Shown here: one piece after another, positions 41,901 to 53,633 of the stretch | How the letters are laid out: each line of letters begins with the position of its first letter | Numbering within the stretch: position 1 is the first letter of the stretch | DNA from: Thalia democratica | Lineage: Eukaryota | Assembly (NCBI GenBank): GCA_965202585.1 | Contig: OZ241826.1 | Location: 69,688,001-69,752,000, forward strand | Reading direction: 5' to 3' | DNA length: 64,000 bases | The notes under the pieces: generated by a model | Databases searched by the model: none | Seen by the model: only the letters and a program-made list of their open reading frames with translations | Told to the model about the DNA's origin: nothing | Made by a program: the position numbers and the translations under genes

Positions 41901-44900
41901 TGAATTTCCACGCACAGCTCGTGTATGAGCTTCTTCCTCACGCTCCTGTCGCTGATGGGTGACACGAAGCAGTCCATGGCGGACAAGGTGATGTGCTCCT
42001 TCCTCATGCCTGCCTCTTCCTTCTTGTTGGCGTGCTTCGCGTCGAAGTCTTCAATGCGACGCGCCCACTTCATTATGTCTCTGATAAAAAAATCAAGATT
42101 TGAAAAGCAAAACTAAAACAGGAGTAGTTAGTAAGTTATTAGGTTATACAAAAAACATTTTGCTATCAGCATATTACTACTTGGTTTTTCTTATGAGTGA
42201 ATTCAGATAAAATATATATTATATCTCACTCTATAAAAAACTTATTAAAAAATAATTATTTTTAGGGTTGCCAAAGGTTTTCTGAAAATTTTTTCCAGGT
42301 TTTTGATTTTTTTCCAGGTTTTTAAAAGTATAAGTTTTTTGATTCGTTTTTAAAACAAAATTTAATTTAAGGTAAAAAATGTACTAAAAAGTAAAAAAAT
42401 ATCAAAAATATACTGCAATGCTACTTTAAATATGATTTAATAATAAATAAAATTTCTAAATAATACAAAAAAAATAATATATATGATAGATTTTTCGTAT
42501 CAAATCTAAATTTCATTACTTTACATATAAAAATTGTCAAAAATTGCAGGTTATTTTCAAGTTTTTTTTTTTTAATTTTCTCAAAATTTAGGTTTTTCTA
42601 GTTTTCTTTTTTGCTTAAATTGTCAAATTCCAGGTTTCCAGGTTTTTTGGCAACCCTGTTAATTTAGATAACTTTTTTCAATGAAATAAATTTTGCAACT
42701 CAATATAATGCAATCTAGTTCATTTTAAACACAAGTCAAATTAACAAAATAAAAGTTCTTTATTTACCTAGTTGAAGGTTGACGCATAGCTAAAGGTTTT
42801 TCTCGGATTATCTTTTTGATTTTAGAGTAAACATCTACCATCATCGTACTGATTAAGCTCAACTTCGGCGATATTTTTGATACTATCTGTTGACACAATA
42901 ATACAATGAAATAAAAAAACCTTACTTTAAATTCATAATCCACTAAAAAAATTAAATATTAAATCGTAGCTAACTTAATCAAAAAATAATTTTTAAGCTG
43001 ATATCTTCATACGAAGGACATTTTATTTTAAAACATATAAAACTATTTTAATATTGTTTTTTTTTTGTTAAAACATCTAACCATTTTAATATATTCGTCT
43101 TTGAGCTGCTGCATCTCAACCACCTGGCACTTTTCAGCCAGCATCTGCACTCCCCTTCCCATTGCCCTCTTTGACGTCATAACCGATTCGGATCGACACC
43201 TGAGCGTCAAGAAGAGTCTGAAAGCGGGGGAAATTTTTATTTGCTCTGAAGATCTTCCCGGAATATTCAGCTTGCGGGATTCGATCAGCGGCAGCAGCAA
43301 GGTTATCTGCAAAATAATTAGTATTATATTTCTGAGTTTATTACACCAAAATTAAAGGTCATAACCAATTGCTTACGTAATATCATATATACGAGTAATG
43401 AACTTTTTAATAGTTTAAGAAATACACACTGATTTCAAATTTATATTTTGTATTTATATATCAATTCTAAACAACTCACACTAATTTAGTTACTTAATAT
43501 ATAAACGTTGGTTTTAGTTTTGGATTTTTACTACCAGAAGTGCTTTATTTAACCATATATTTACATAAAATTTATCTTTTTTTTAAGTGTGAAATAAAAT
43601 TCAAAAAATTCAATAAAAGCAATAATTATGTTATAAAGTTATATATATATATAGCAAGTTGAATTTTAAACTATTTTGATACAAAAATTACGTACAACGT
43701 CCATTGGAGCTCTTTCAATGTCTTCTAAAAGCAACCAGTAGCCTTTAATACAGGCTTCTACAAGCAGACCGTCTTGCCATTGAAACTTGCCTGCAAAATT
43801 TTAAATAAAAATAATTATAAAACAAACAATTGTTGAACTTAAATAAATAAGATTATACCAGGAACAGCAGTAGACACGTAAGTACCAGTCAATGTTTTGC
43901 TGTCAGTATCATCACTCAACTGGATCTTACTCAAAAGTGGTGCTTTGTTGCGACCTGTTAAAATACTAACTTGCTTTTTATCTATGTAAAATTTTAATCA
44001 TATTATAACTAAGTTTTGCACAAAACAAGCATCTTTTATGTAAATTGCACGGTATTTTGTTTAATTAAATTTTTGCATATACAACTAAATGAATTAAAAT
44101 TTCTCAAACATTTTGATTTGTTGCTACAAAAGAAAGGAAATAATATTTCAACTCATGATAACTGAACATTTACCTTTTTTTTTACCTAATACTAACTAAG
44201 ATTCATAAATTGTATATACTAATTCAAAAAAATAAATAACAACTACTGCAGATAATTACCAGTTTTTTCAGCAAAGTATTCAACAAGTGAAGTTTTTCCA
44301 CATCCAGAAGGACCTGTTGATGATAAATAATATTAAAATGTATAAGAACAATATTATGCTAAACTTATATAATTATAATTTCAAAAACTGATCAACTTCT
44401 AAAACTTTAGTTTAACAAGTTTATATAGGTAACGGCCTTAATTTGTTATTTATAACGGATATATTTGTTATTTAAAGCTGAATTTTAAGAAAAATATAAT
44501 TGCATAGTCTTTATTTATATAAAGATATTTAACTTTGTAAAATATTTTAAGTCGATAACTTTAATGAAGCACATTCACAACAACTCACCACAAATAAGCA
44601 ACGGTTTGTTGTCACGAAGTGATTCCGCACATTTTCGTACGACTTCTATCAATTCCGGCGTCATTATTCTGTTTGATGACAAACCAGAAGTTATCGAGGA
44701 ACCTTGAAATGCTCCTCTGTTGTACCTGTGCAAATGTTTCAGTCGTTTTATTTAAGTTTTAATTAATAACTACTATTTAAAAATTTATTTGATTCCAACA
44801 GTAACTCAACTTTGTTTAATTTAAGTAAAAATTTCTTTAAATGATTTTCTTTAAAAGCATTACATAGATTTGTGTGTAAAAAATATGAATATATTAAGAA

Positions 44901-47399
44901 ATTTTAGTAGACTATACATAAAATTAAAACCTAGCATAATATTTATTACACTACAAAATACAGTTCTAATTTTTTTTAAGTTTAAACGTTTAGAATTTAG
45001 TTAAATTTCTTTTATTTATAAAGTCTCCCTGGGCGGGAAATATGTACAACATGGCAAACATAAACATGTTATATTTTTGATTGTATTGCGAACTTGTAAA
45101 CTTACTTAGAAAGCAAAACTCCACAGACGGGAACAAGTTTTCCGCACAAATCAGATGAATTAACAGCATGCTTAGTTCTTCTTTCTTTCACACATTTTAT
45201 TTCTAATTTGGCCACGGGTAATTTGTTTGACAGTGGTACTTGCAAACGAGAAGACAGACTGTAATGTTTAAGTTGATCAAAAATGAATGCAAGCACGTAC
45301 AATTAAATAAAATAAAACCAACTTAAATTATTTCAATGTTAATCAGAAAATATAAACAACAATTTCTAAGTATGTATAAGATTCTGAATTAATAAAATTT
45401 GTACATAGACAAGTAAATACATACTTAAGCAAAGTAAAAAAATAAATAAAAATAGGATAAAATATTCAACATTTTTAACAAATATTTAAGGAATACAAAT
45501 TAGATTGTTTTTTTTTTATAAAACAATATTAAGTCAGCTAAACATTCTAAAACTGTGAATTTTTCCATACTTGGAAACAAAAGTACGTGATGTACATTAT
45601 TAACATATACTAAACTAAGATTAAAACAAACATTTCATAATTTACCATATTGAGCATACCTTAACACCATACCAAACACTTTTTAAAGTTTTACAGAAAT
45701 AAGTAAAAAAAGATTATGATGAATGTAGTATAACAAAACAAAAAAAAAATTATAAATAACTGAAAATACTATTGCTAACTTGAACTTAAACTACATCTGA
45801 AGTTTCAATATTAAACGTAAGTAATTATATTTTGACATACTCTATTTGTATTCTTTCTAAATCATCTTTAGATCCTTGTTTAGGAATTTCACCGTGTAAG
45901 CAACCTAGCAGAAGATTCATGTAAGATTTAACTATTTTGTATGTTTCACAAAAAGTTTTACTCTCTTGTAAAAGTAGATGCCACTTCCAATTAAGATTTT
46001 GAAGTGATGGATATTTCTGTAAAAATAAGAATAAGGAAATAAGGATATATGCATAATGTAATTTTCAATTATAATACTATAACAACTTGGTAATTTATAA
46101 AAAAAATTATCCAGTTTACACAAAAATTAATTTAAACAAAAAACTTTTCGTATACTAAGAAAAGAAACTTACAATTACAAGAAGATATGTTGCTTGTAAA
46201 ATAGCTGCCAAATTTTCTTGTCCTACTTTTCTTTTCTTACTACATGGCTCATCATCTATACTGATAAACCTTTTGAAAGGAGCTCCATGTTTCTGGAGGT
46301 ATTCATCAACAAACCTGTGTTAACAATTTTCAAACACTGTATGTTAGCTACACCAGTTTTAAAATTATAATATCATTTAAATTGTTTTATTAAACCCTGT
46401 TAGGTTTTATTTTTAAACTTTTTACTTTATTGACAAAGTAAAACAAATATGAAATAATTACTTAATATCTAAACTATTACACAGTTTTAAGTTTATTTAG
46501 CGTTTTAATATTACTTATTTAACACTTTGCCTTTAACTAATTGTTTCAAAAAACTCACTCATCTATGTTTAGAACAGAGTTCTTGTAATTACTTAGCCAT
46601 CCAAGAATAATGCACATTTTTTCATGTTTTTCTATTGTATTGTTTTCACTTACCTTTTTTTCTAATCTTTAAATTTGTTTTTTAATAAAACTTTATACTC
46701 AACTACAAAATTTTCAAAGGATAAAAAACTATCAAAAATTAATGCAAAGAAATTAAGTTAATTTAAATTTGATGTTTTTTTGAATTTACTTTTGTAATTT
46801 ACATAATCTAAATACTTACAATAATGTACAGTACATATAGGATTATTACTCTCAAAAGTTTATAAAGTGTTACAAACTAACCTATAGAGCAATTCCACCA
46901 TAAGAGATGGAATCATATCTGCTATATCCTTTAGCTGTTTATGATTGCACAGCATAAGTGTGTCTGAAAAATATCCTAGTAGATCTTCACGGTCTTTTTC
47001 AGTCCAACTCTAATATATTTTGTTTGTATTAACGCAATATTGTAAATTAAAGATTTATAAATCTTAATTTTTGTTTGCCCTAAATATAAATTTATAGTTC
47101 TACAAAGAATACTTTTTTAAGACATACTTTGTTTTTATAACTTAGTTTTTGCTAATTTTTTTTAAATAAATAGATAACTTAAAAGTATAGTTTTTTAGAG
47201 TGTTTTGATTTAACAGTTTTCACTAAAAGTTTTCAATACTAAAATAATAAGAAAAACGTACTTCTTTTGCTAATAAGTCTGTTAATTTTCTTAAAATACT
47301 TTCAGGTAAGTATTTTATCCTCATAAATAGTATTTGTTCTATGGTTGAAGATATTTCCAAATGGAAATGCTCCATTTTGTCACATTCTATACTTTCCAT
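14954..47399 (-). CDS. MDN1: Midasin (Rea1/Mdn1) AAA+ ATPase, complete gene, 56 coding exons, ~15,372 nt, ~5,123 aa
   Basis: Frame-consistent GT-AG exons: 47399-47262, 47009-46882, 46314-46173, 46016-45962, 45904-45841, 45258-45106, 44725-44589, 44313-44260, 43954-43859, 43790-43696, 43306-43082, 42886-42768, 42080-41885, 41742-41585, 41439-41318, 41130-40938, 39981-39782, 39504-39333, 39017-38867, 38574-38450, 38258-38103, 37899-37750, 37638-37466, 37296-37119, 36679-36152, 35933-35753, 35475-35275, 34910-34716, 34424-34336, 34251-34124, 33949-33740, 33353-33148, 32956-32834, 32588-32391, 32310-32200, 31937-31281, 31127-30980, 30679-30572, 29676-29523, 29289-29127, 28979-28653, 28583-28523, 28423-28141, 27953-27840, 27773-27510, 27375-21306, 21199-21063, 20833-20740, 20599-20498, 20346-20202, 20126-20008, 17831-17541, 17355-17158, 16938-16842, 16493-16342, 15091-14954. 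N-terminus MEHFHLEI. Walker A: GPSGCGKT, GETGVGKT, GATSTGKT, GETGGGKT, GSPGCGKT. Linker, D/E-rich tail, MIDAS (DDSES..T..SDG), C-terminus FPFPYYHIVRD..LSDALRQWF-type. A few donors (38867, 29127, 20498) are ambiguous. Confidence 0.97.
17869..19640. mobile_element. Composite hAT-type element: two CCGG-rich MITE copies flanking ~1.26 kb of cargo, in MDN1 intron 51
   Basis: Perfect 15-bp TIR TAGTGATGTACCGGA (17869) / TCCGGTACATCACTA (19626-19640, also 18128-18142). 8-bp TSD ATAATAAA at 17861-17868 and 19641-19648. ~41-bp tandem unit present 4x in copy 1 and 3x in copy 2; copy 2 lacks its left TIR. Confidence 0.85.
19057..19310 (-). promoter_or_regulatory. Putative promoter and short first exon in the transposon cargo
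   Basis: CCAATCA (19299), GTCACGTG E-box (~19280) and a second CCAAT (~19132, minus strand). Then aacATG ACA GGC AGT TTA TAT|GTAAGC (19074-19057). Motif-based only. Confidence 0.3.
21306..27375 (-). CDS. MDN1: MDN1 giant exon 46 (6,070 nt; linker plus most of the D/E-rich tail)
   Basis: Uninterrupted ORF (the 2003-aa ORF track entry plus an upstream extension) bounded by aacag| at 27376 and |gtttgt at 21305. Confidence 0.93.
29782..30476. mobile_element. CAGGGTT-ended MITE with a nested related MITE (30041-30426)
   Basis: Outer CAGGGTTTCCAAA...TTTGGCAATACTG (flanks ATATAT/ATTTAT) is homologous to 42263-42658. Inner CAGGATTGCCACAGATC...TTTGTGGCAACCCTG is homologous to 49164-49677. Confidence 0.75.
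36822..37056. repeat. MITE-like element with inverted CAAAATCCACCC arrays and a GAGGGTAAGGGTTAGGGGTAAG core
   Basis: Direct array at 36829-36855, inverted array at 36988-37048; core shared with the 8.5 and 13.2 kb elements. Confidence 0.7.
40302..40531. mobile_element. hAT-type non-autonomous element
   Basis: CAG...CTG termini; perfect 8-bp TSD ATCTATAA (40294-40301 and 40532-40539). Confidence 0.8.
42263..42658. mobile_element. CAGGGTTGCCA-family MITE
   Basis: TAGGGTTGCCAAA ... TTTGGCAACCCTG TIRs; internal TTTCCAGGTT repeats. Confidence 0.8.
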
Positions 47400-49163
47400 T
47401 CTATTTTTAATTGCCTAAATTCTGTATAAAAAAATGTTTTCTAGTTTAAAAAAGGGTTCCAGATATGCACATATAACAAAAATAAAAACTATAAAACATT
47501 ATACGATTTTCTGTTAAGGAAATCTATAGATATTTAAGGATAGGGGCAAAGTTTTTCTTTTAGATATATTTTTAAAAATATGAAATCTATTAAAAAAAAC
47601 ATTTATACAAAAATGCATGTACTTAAATATAATCAGATTAGTATTAAAAATATAAAATTCTAGTAATTTGTTTAAAATATGTTAAATATACAAATTTGTT
47701 AAAAACAGTCGGGGTATAAAGTTTTCAATTTAAAAGTAGACATCCGCATAAGGTATACACTAAAACACAAAAATAAATGGGAACAAATATTTTTTTAAAT
47801 AACTTAATGATCTTTTGTTAAACAATTTAATTTAAATTATTAATAAAATGATTTTATCAGTTATTTTAAATAACATCTTTTATACACATAGCTCACATAT
47901 TATTAAGTTTAAATTACTTCATAGATACTCAATTTTTTGCCACCAAAACCTGGTAGTAAATAAAATATTTAATTTGCACATCTTTATCTAAATAAGCTCT
48001 TCACATTTCAGTAAATTGAGCAATCTTTTTTTTAGTTAATACAAATAACTATATATTTTCAAATAGCTTTAAAAGTTAACATACTATAGCATATTTTTAT
48101 TTAAAATATAAATATTTATTAACTACCATATGGTATGAAAAGGGTAAAATTTGTCTCAAAACTGTAAGGTACTCATTCAAAGTACAGTAGTAAACATATT
48201 TTCCTGAAATTAAAGTGTGTAACTAATCAATGAAGAAAATGTACAATATAAAAAATATTAAATTCAATGTAAAAACAGTGTAAATAGAATTTTTTAATCA
48301 AGTTCTAGGCATGTATATAAACAATCCAAGTTATGATTTTCCAACTAGAACTTTTCCCCTTTTTAAGCAATAACCTTTGATCCAGAAATTTTTTTTTACA
48401 AAATGAATGGTTTCCAAAAGGAGGCAATATCAGCCCTTAATCCCCCCTAACTTTCTTAATTAACTTTAGATTATTAAAAGGGTTTAATGGGAAATAAATC
48501 ATTTTTTTTTAGTCTTACATCAAAACTATTTAATAAAAATTGTATTTATAGTTTTAGTAAATTTTCTTCTAAAACTTATTGAATTATTTTTAGTTAAAGG
48601 AAAGTAAAAATTGCTATAAAAGTCATTATAATGGCCATTATAAAACATTACCATATTATATTGTTTTTTTACTAAAACTTTTTTTATTAAAATTTTGCTT
48701 TAAACTGTATAAAAATATGTTGCCTCATCTTTTAGTCAAGTTAAATTACCTTTAAATACCAAAACAGTAACAAAAGAACTCAACATAAACAAATTATAAA
48801 AAACTATCTTGAGATTTAAGAAAAATATCCAAACTAGCCTCAGTAATCCCAAATAAATGGCAACCTTGTTTTTATTATGAAAATTTAGGTACAATAGACA
48901 ACAAACTATTTTTTAGTTAAGTTTCATCGGAAGAAGGTAAAATTGGAAAAAAAATCTATGCTGTTAACATTTTTTCACTCTACCAAATATAGGAAGATAA
49001 TTTTATTTGTTTTTTGATTGTTGGCCTTACTTGGAAGACTTTTAATCAGCTACCAAATACATTTTATATCTATAAAAACTTCAGTAGTTAGTTTTTCAAA
49101 AATAAGGACCAAAAGTTGGTAAAACTAACAGATTATTTAAGAGGTAGAAGGCACAAACATAAG

Positions 49164-49677
49164 CAGGGTTGCCACAGATCAAGCTGAGAATAATTTCCTG
49201 ACTTATCCTGGCGTTTTACTAAAATTTTCCTGACTTTTCTAATATAAACTCTTAATTTAAACAAAAGAGATGATCATGCCAATTCGATCATCAGACCACA
49301 AGTTTTGGTAAACTGAGACCGTTAGTTGGTAGTTGTTCAATATGTTAATAGAAAAGTTTTGCAGTTTTAAAAAGAACATTTTATTAATTATACCAAATAT
49401 TGGCATTGGAATTATATAATTTTGTTAATTTCTTGGAAAATTTTCTAATTTTAATTTGTCTTCAAAGTTACTTTAATTAGTTTTTTACCGTTTGAAGGCT
49501 TTGGAAAATAAGAAACTTTGTAAATTTAAACTAACAAAATCTGACTATTTTTTAAATTTTGTCAAATTTCCTGACTTTTTTCTTAAATCCCCATTTTTCC
49601 CTGACTTATGTCATTTTTTTTAGTTTTTCCTGACTTTTCTTGATTTCCTGACTTTTCCTGACCTTGTGACAACCCTG
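49164..49677. mobile_element. CAGGGTTGCCA-family MITE with a 6-bp TSD
   Basis: CAGGGTTGCCACA ... TGTGACAACCCTG; exact CATAAG on both flanks; internal TTTCCTGACTT repeats. Confidence 0.85.
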
Positions 49678-50749
49678 CATAAGAGCTTTTTTATCAACAT
49701 CTACTTTCTCCAAGAATTTTACAGATTATTTTAATTTAGTGTTTTAAAAAATCATTTGCAGAATTTTCTAAAATTATCAGAAACTTTTTTAATTTATTTA
49801 AAAATAAATACTTTGGAAATTATGGACCCATTTTTTAACATGTGTGCATTTAATGTTTTAAACATTATATTTTGAATTTAAGTCACTAGCCTAAAAATAA
49901 TAAAATGTATATATTATAGTGATTACCTTATTTTATTTTTTGCTTGAAAAGGTTGCAATCTCTTGCCACCGAAACCAGTCGGAAATAAAATATACAATTT
50001 GCATAAATCTATTTAGTGAATACCTTAAAAAATCCAAGAAAATTAACATTGAAGTCTGTACAAAAGTGTTTAAAAGACCAAATGGCTATTATTTCCATAG
50101 ACTATTACAAACTTATATTCATTATAATTCAAGCAACTTTAAACTAATTCAGAAGAAAGAATCTAGCAGCAAACACAGGTAGTTTTTATTTATTTTCTAA
50201 GTTATTCATACTCATATTTTTCTTTGTTCACACTGCCCACTTGTTTTATTAGAAACTTCTTCCAGATTTTTTTAAGTATAAAATTTATTGAAAGTTATAA
50301 ATAATATAAAAATACTGAAAAGTTATTGTAATGCTACATTAAATAAGTTGAATAAAAAATAAAACTCTAAAAAATGTATGAAATTTTATTTTATTAAATA
50401 AACATTTTCAATATAATCTAAACTTAATTTTTTTATATATAAAATTTGTTCAAAAGTCAAGGATTTTCCATATTTTTTGTGCAAAACTCTTTAGTTTTTA
50501 AGATTTCTTATTGTCTTAATTTTAAAACTCCAGAGTTTTCTAGGTAAAATAGCCATCTTGTTTGTTAAAATAAAAAATTCTAAAAAACAGTATTTTATAC
50601 CATGTAAATAAAATTTAATCTACAGTGCAGAGAACATTCAAACATAGCTATAACATTAACTTTCTTTTTCAATTAATTTGATTACTATGTTATAATGCTG
50701 AAAAAATGCTTTAATATTTTGATTTTAATTTAAGTTATACTTTTGTTAA

Positions 50750-51196
50750 GGGCATAGGGGGTGCAATGTTTATAAAATAATAATAACATTGGCTCTCATA
50801 TGAAAGCTTTTAGTACAAACTACAAGACAGTTTCTATAGTATTTAAAAATCTTATTCAACTATTGAGGTATTCTAACTTCTGTAAAAAGTTTCCAAATCA
50901 AACGTATGGACCGCAAAAAATTGCTGCATTAAATTAATTTAAATTTTAGTAATAGACTTGTGAAAATTTGAAGAACAGCAGTAAAAAAAGAAGGTTACTT
51001 TTAATGAAATAGTCTTTTTTTAATTTTAGTAGTTTGCTCCTTCTACTAGGAACTTATTGAGCACACCGACTTAGATCACTTATATCTAAAAAGTTACTTT
51101 GACTTTTTTAAACGATTAAAAATATCTGATAGCTCAGATGAAACTCTACTAAATAAGACCAAATTGTAAAGAACTAGGTGGAGCCCCCTTATGCCC
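50750..51196. mobile_element. TTAA-flanked MITE with GG termini (Kolobok-like)
   Basis: TTAA|GGGCATAGGGGG ... CCCCCTTATGCCC|TTAA. Confidence 0.7.
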
Positions 51197-53498
51197 TTAA
51201 TTTGTAAAGGTTACTATATACTAATGATGTTACTACTAGTTCAGAAAACACCTTAAAAAGAATTTATTTGATGTCTAATTTAAGTCATATAGAAAGAATA
51301 TAAATATAAAAAATTATATTTTTTTACAGAAAGATACAGTAGCTTATCAAAACATTAATGTTAGTATTAAGCATAAAAAATACTATTAATAATAATAACA
51401 GTGACAATAAATTGGAAATCAAGTAAGCCATATCCAGGGTCAGAACAAATGCCAATTATCTACTATTTCAGACAGTTAAAGAGTTTCAAATTCATTTTGA
51501 AAGGCTATATAGCTCAGAAATAAACGTCAAATGAAAAATAAGCCAAAATATATATTCACCAAGCTTTCATCATTTATTTGACATTATCAATGAAATAAAC
51601 GGCTATTAAAAACAATAAAATAAAAACAACAAGTTTTAAAAAAGGCAAAACTACTAAATATACAAAAAATAAATTAAGCTTTACTTATATACACAAACAA
51701 ACAAAAAATCTATACTTAACAACAAAACATTTTATTTATACTTAATAATTTTAAATAATACTTCAACATTATAAAAAATAAGTTTATAACATTAATAAAA
51801 ATCCAAATGTACATACAACAAAATTTAAACAAATTAATAAGCTTTTAATTTACAATATTAATAAAAATATGCACGACTAAATTTTTAAATATTTGAAAAT
51901 AATTATGAGTGAACAAAAAAACTTTTGGTTAAAAATTAAAAAAAAAAACTTTTTTTTTAATTAGACTTAAAAAAAATTTTTTAATGGCTCAAAAAAGTAG
52001 GAAAAAAAACTTTTGTGACTTATTTACTTTAAGCCTTTTAAGCTTGCAACTACCATGAATAACCAATGAAACTTTAAAACTTTATTCACTTACATATCAA
52101 AAGTTATGTAAAGTTTTAATAATAGTAGAAGTAACAGAAGCTTTTGGATATTTTACTACATGCTATTCAGTTATCCTTAAAAGCATTAAATTTTATGTTT
52201 TTACAAAAACACAAATTGTTATTAAGAGTTACTTAATTTTATTTTTTTATTGGATATTGGCTTATATTTTAGCTTCCTAAAATAGAATTTTATATAATTA
52301 AGATAAAAACAAAATTCATTAATTTTTTTTGGATCAATTAGAACACATCACAATGGTTTACATCCAATAAATATGTAGGAACTCAATTGTAATGTAAATT
52401 TTTCTCATTTTTTATTTATTTGTTAACGTTTAGACCACTGAGTTTTCATATTATAACATTCAAAAGAGTCTTCAAAGTTGTCATTAGGACCAAAAAAATC
52501 AATTCACACATAAAATTAAAATTTGTAACATAATACTTGAACAAATTTTAATAACAATACAGAATTTTTACATATCTTTTAATGAACTATGTAGTTTGTT
52601 TTTTAATTGGGAACTGTCTGTTTTTAGCCATTCAAGCAATATATTTTATGTTCAACATTTGGGCCATGTGCAATGAATTTTGAACAATGATTAAAACCAT
52701 TTTTACCACTAATATTACCCTAAAACGAAGACTTTTCAATGAAGAGTCTTAATTAAAACAAATTTAAATTTGCGTCCAGTTTTTTTTTTTTCTTTATAAT
52801 ACTTTGAATGCAAAGTTTAAAGTAAAACAAAAAAAAAACATAGTGCTCAATAAATCTTTTTTTATTAATAATAACAAGTCAAACTTACAGTTGTAGTATC
52901 TATTTACAGTAATTAATAATCAGTTACATCCTTTTTAAGTAATCAAATATAATGAACATTTCTTTTAAAAGTTTTTTTGTTAGTTTTTAAATATTTTCTT
53001 TATTACATGTTTGACAAACTATAATCATCATTTAGAAAAATATTATTAAAACTAAAGTAAAAGATTAAACAAGACATTAAACTGTATCCGAGTTGTGTAC
53101 GAGTACGACTTGAGTAACCGGAAAGTTTTTCCTTGGAGGAAGTTTTTTATCAAACTTTATATAGTTCAGTAAGCATTTGTTTACCTTTTTTTTTAATTAG
53201 TACAAAGTTTTACTATTATAATCTAACTTGTCGTTTTTTGAAGCTGTTTTACGATTAAAAAAGTTTTTTCTATTGGTTAATGTTAAAACATCTTTTTTTA
53301 ATGAAACAGTTGTAATGTGACTCTATCAATCATACTAATCTTTTTTAAAGATCACCTTATGACTAAAAATAAGCTATGCATAAGGATTAAAACTGAACAG
53401 TTTCTTTTTTTTTTTTGTATAAAAATGTAAAATGACTGTCTAAAAAATCTTCAGCTATGTCCATTCTAAAAATACTTTTAGTTGAATTGTATTTTTGA

Positions 53499-53633
53499 CA
53501 GGGTCGCTATTTTGATTTACACTTATTTATGAAAAAACTACTCGAGCATTATAATTAAAATTAAAACAAAAAAAAGTTTAATAAATATTCAGTGTTTATT
53601 TGGCGTATCAAGTATAGCATTCTGACAACCCTG
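53499..53633. mobile_element. 135-bp CAGGG-ended MITE remnant
   Basis: CAGGGTCGC ... GACAACCCTG; no TSD visible. Confidence 0.45.

Noticed and set aside
45020-45055. GC patch with an E2F-like TTTCCCGC on the minus strand
   Set aside because: Single intronic motif with no supporting context.
47990-48205. Minus-strand mini-exons (GKYVYYCTLNEY... and IAQFTEM*)
   Set aside because: No recognisable homology; compatible with chance.
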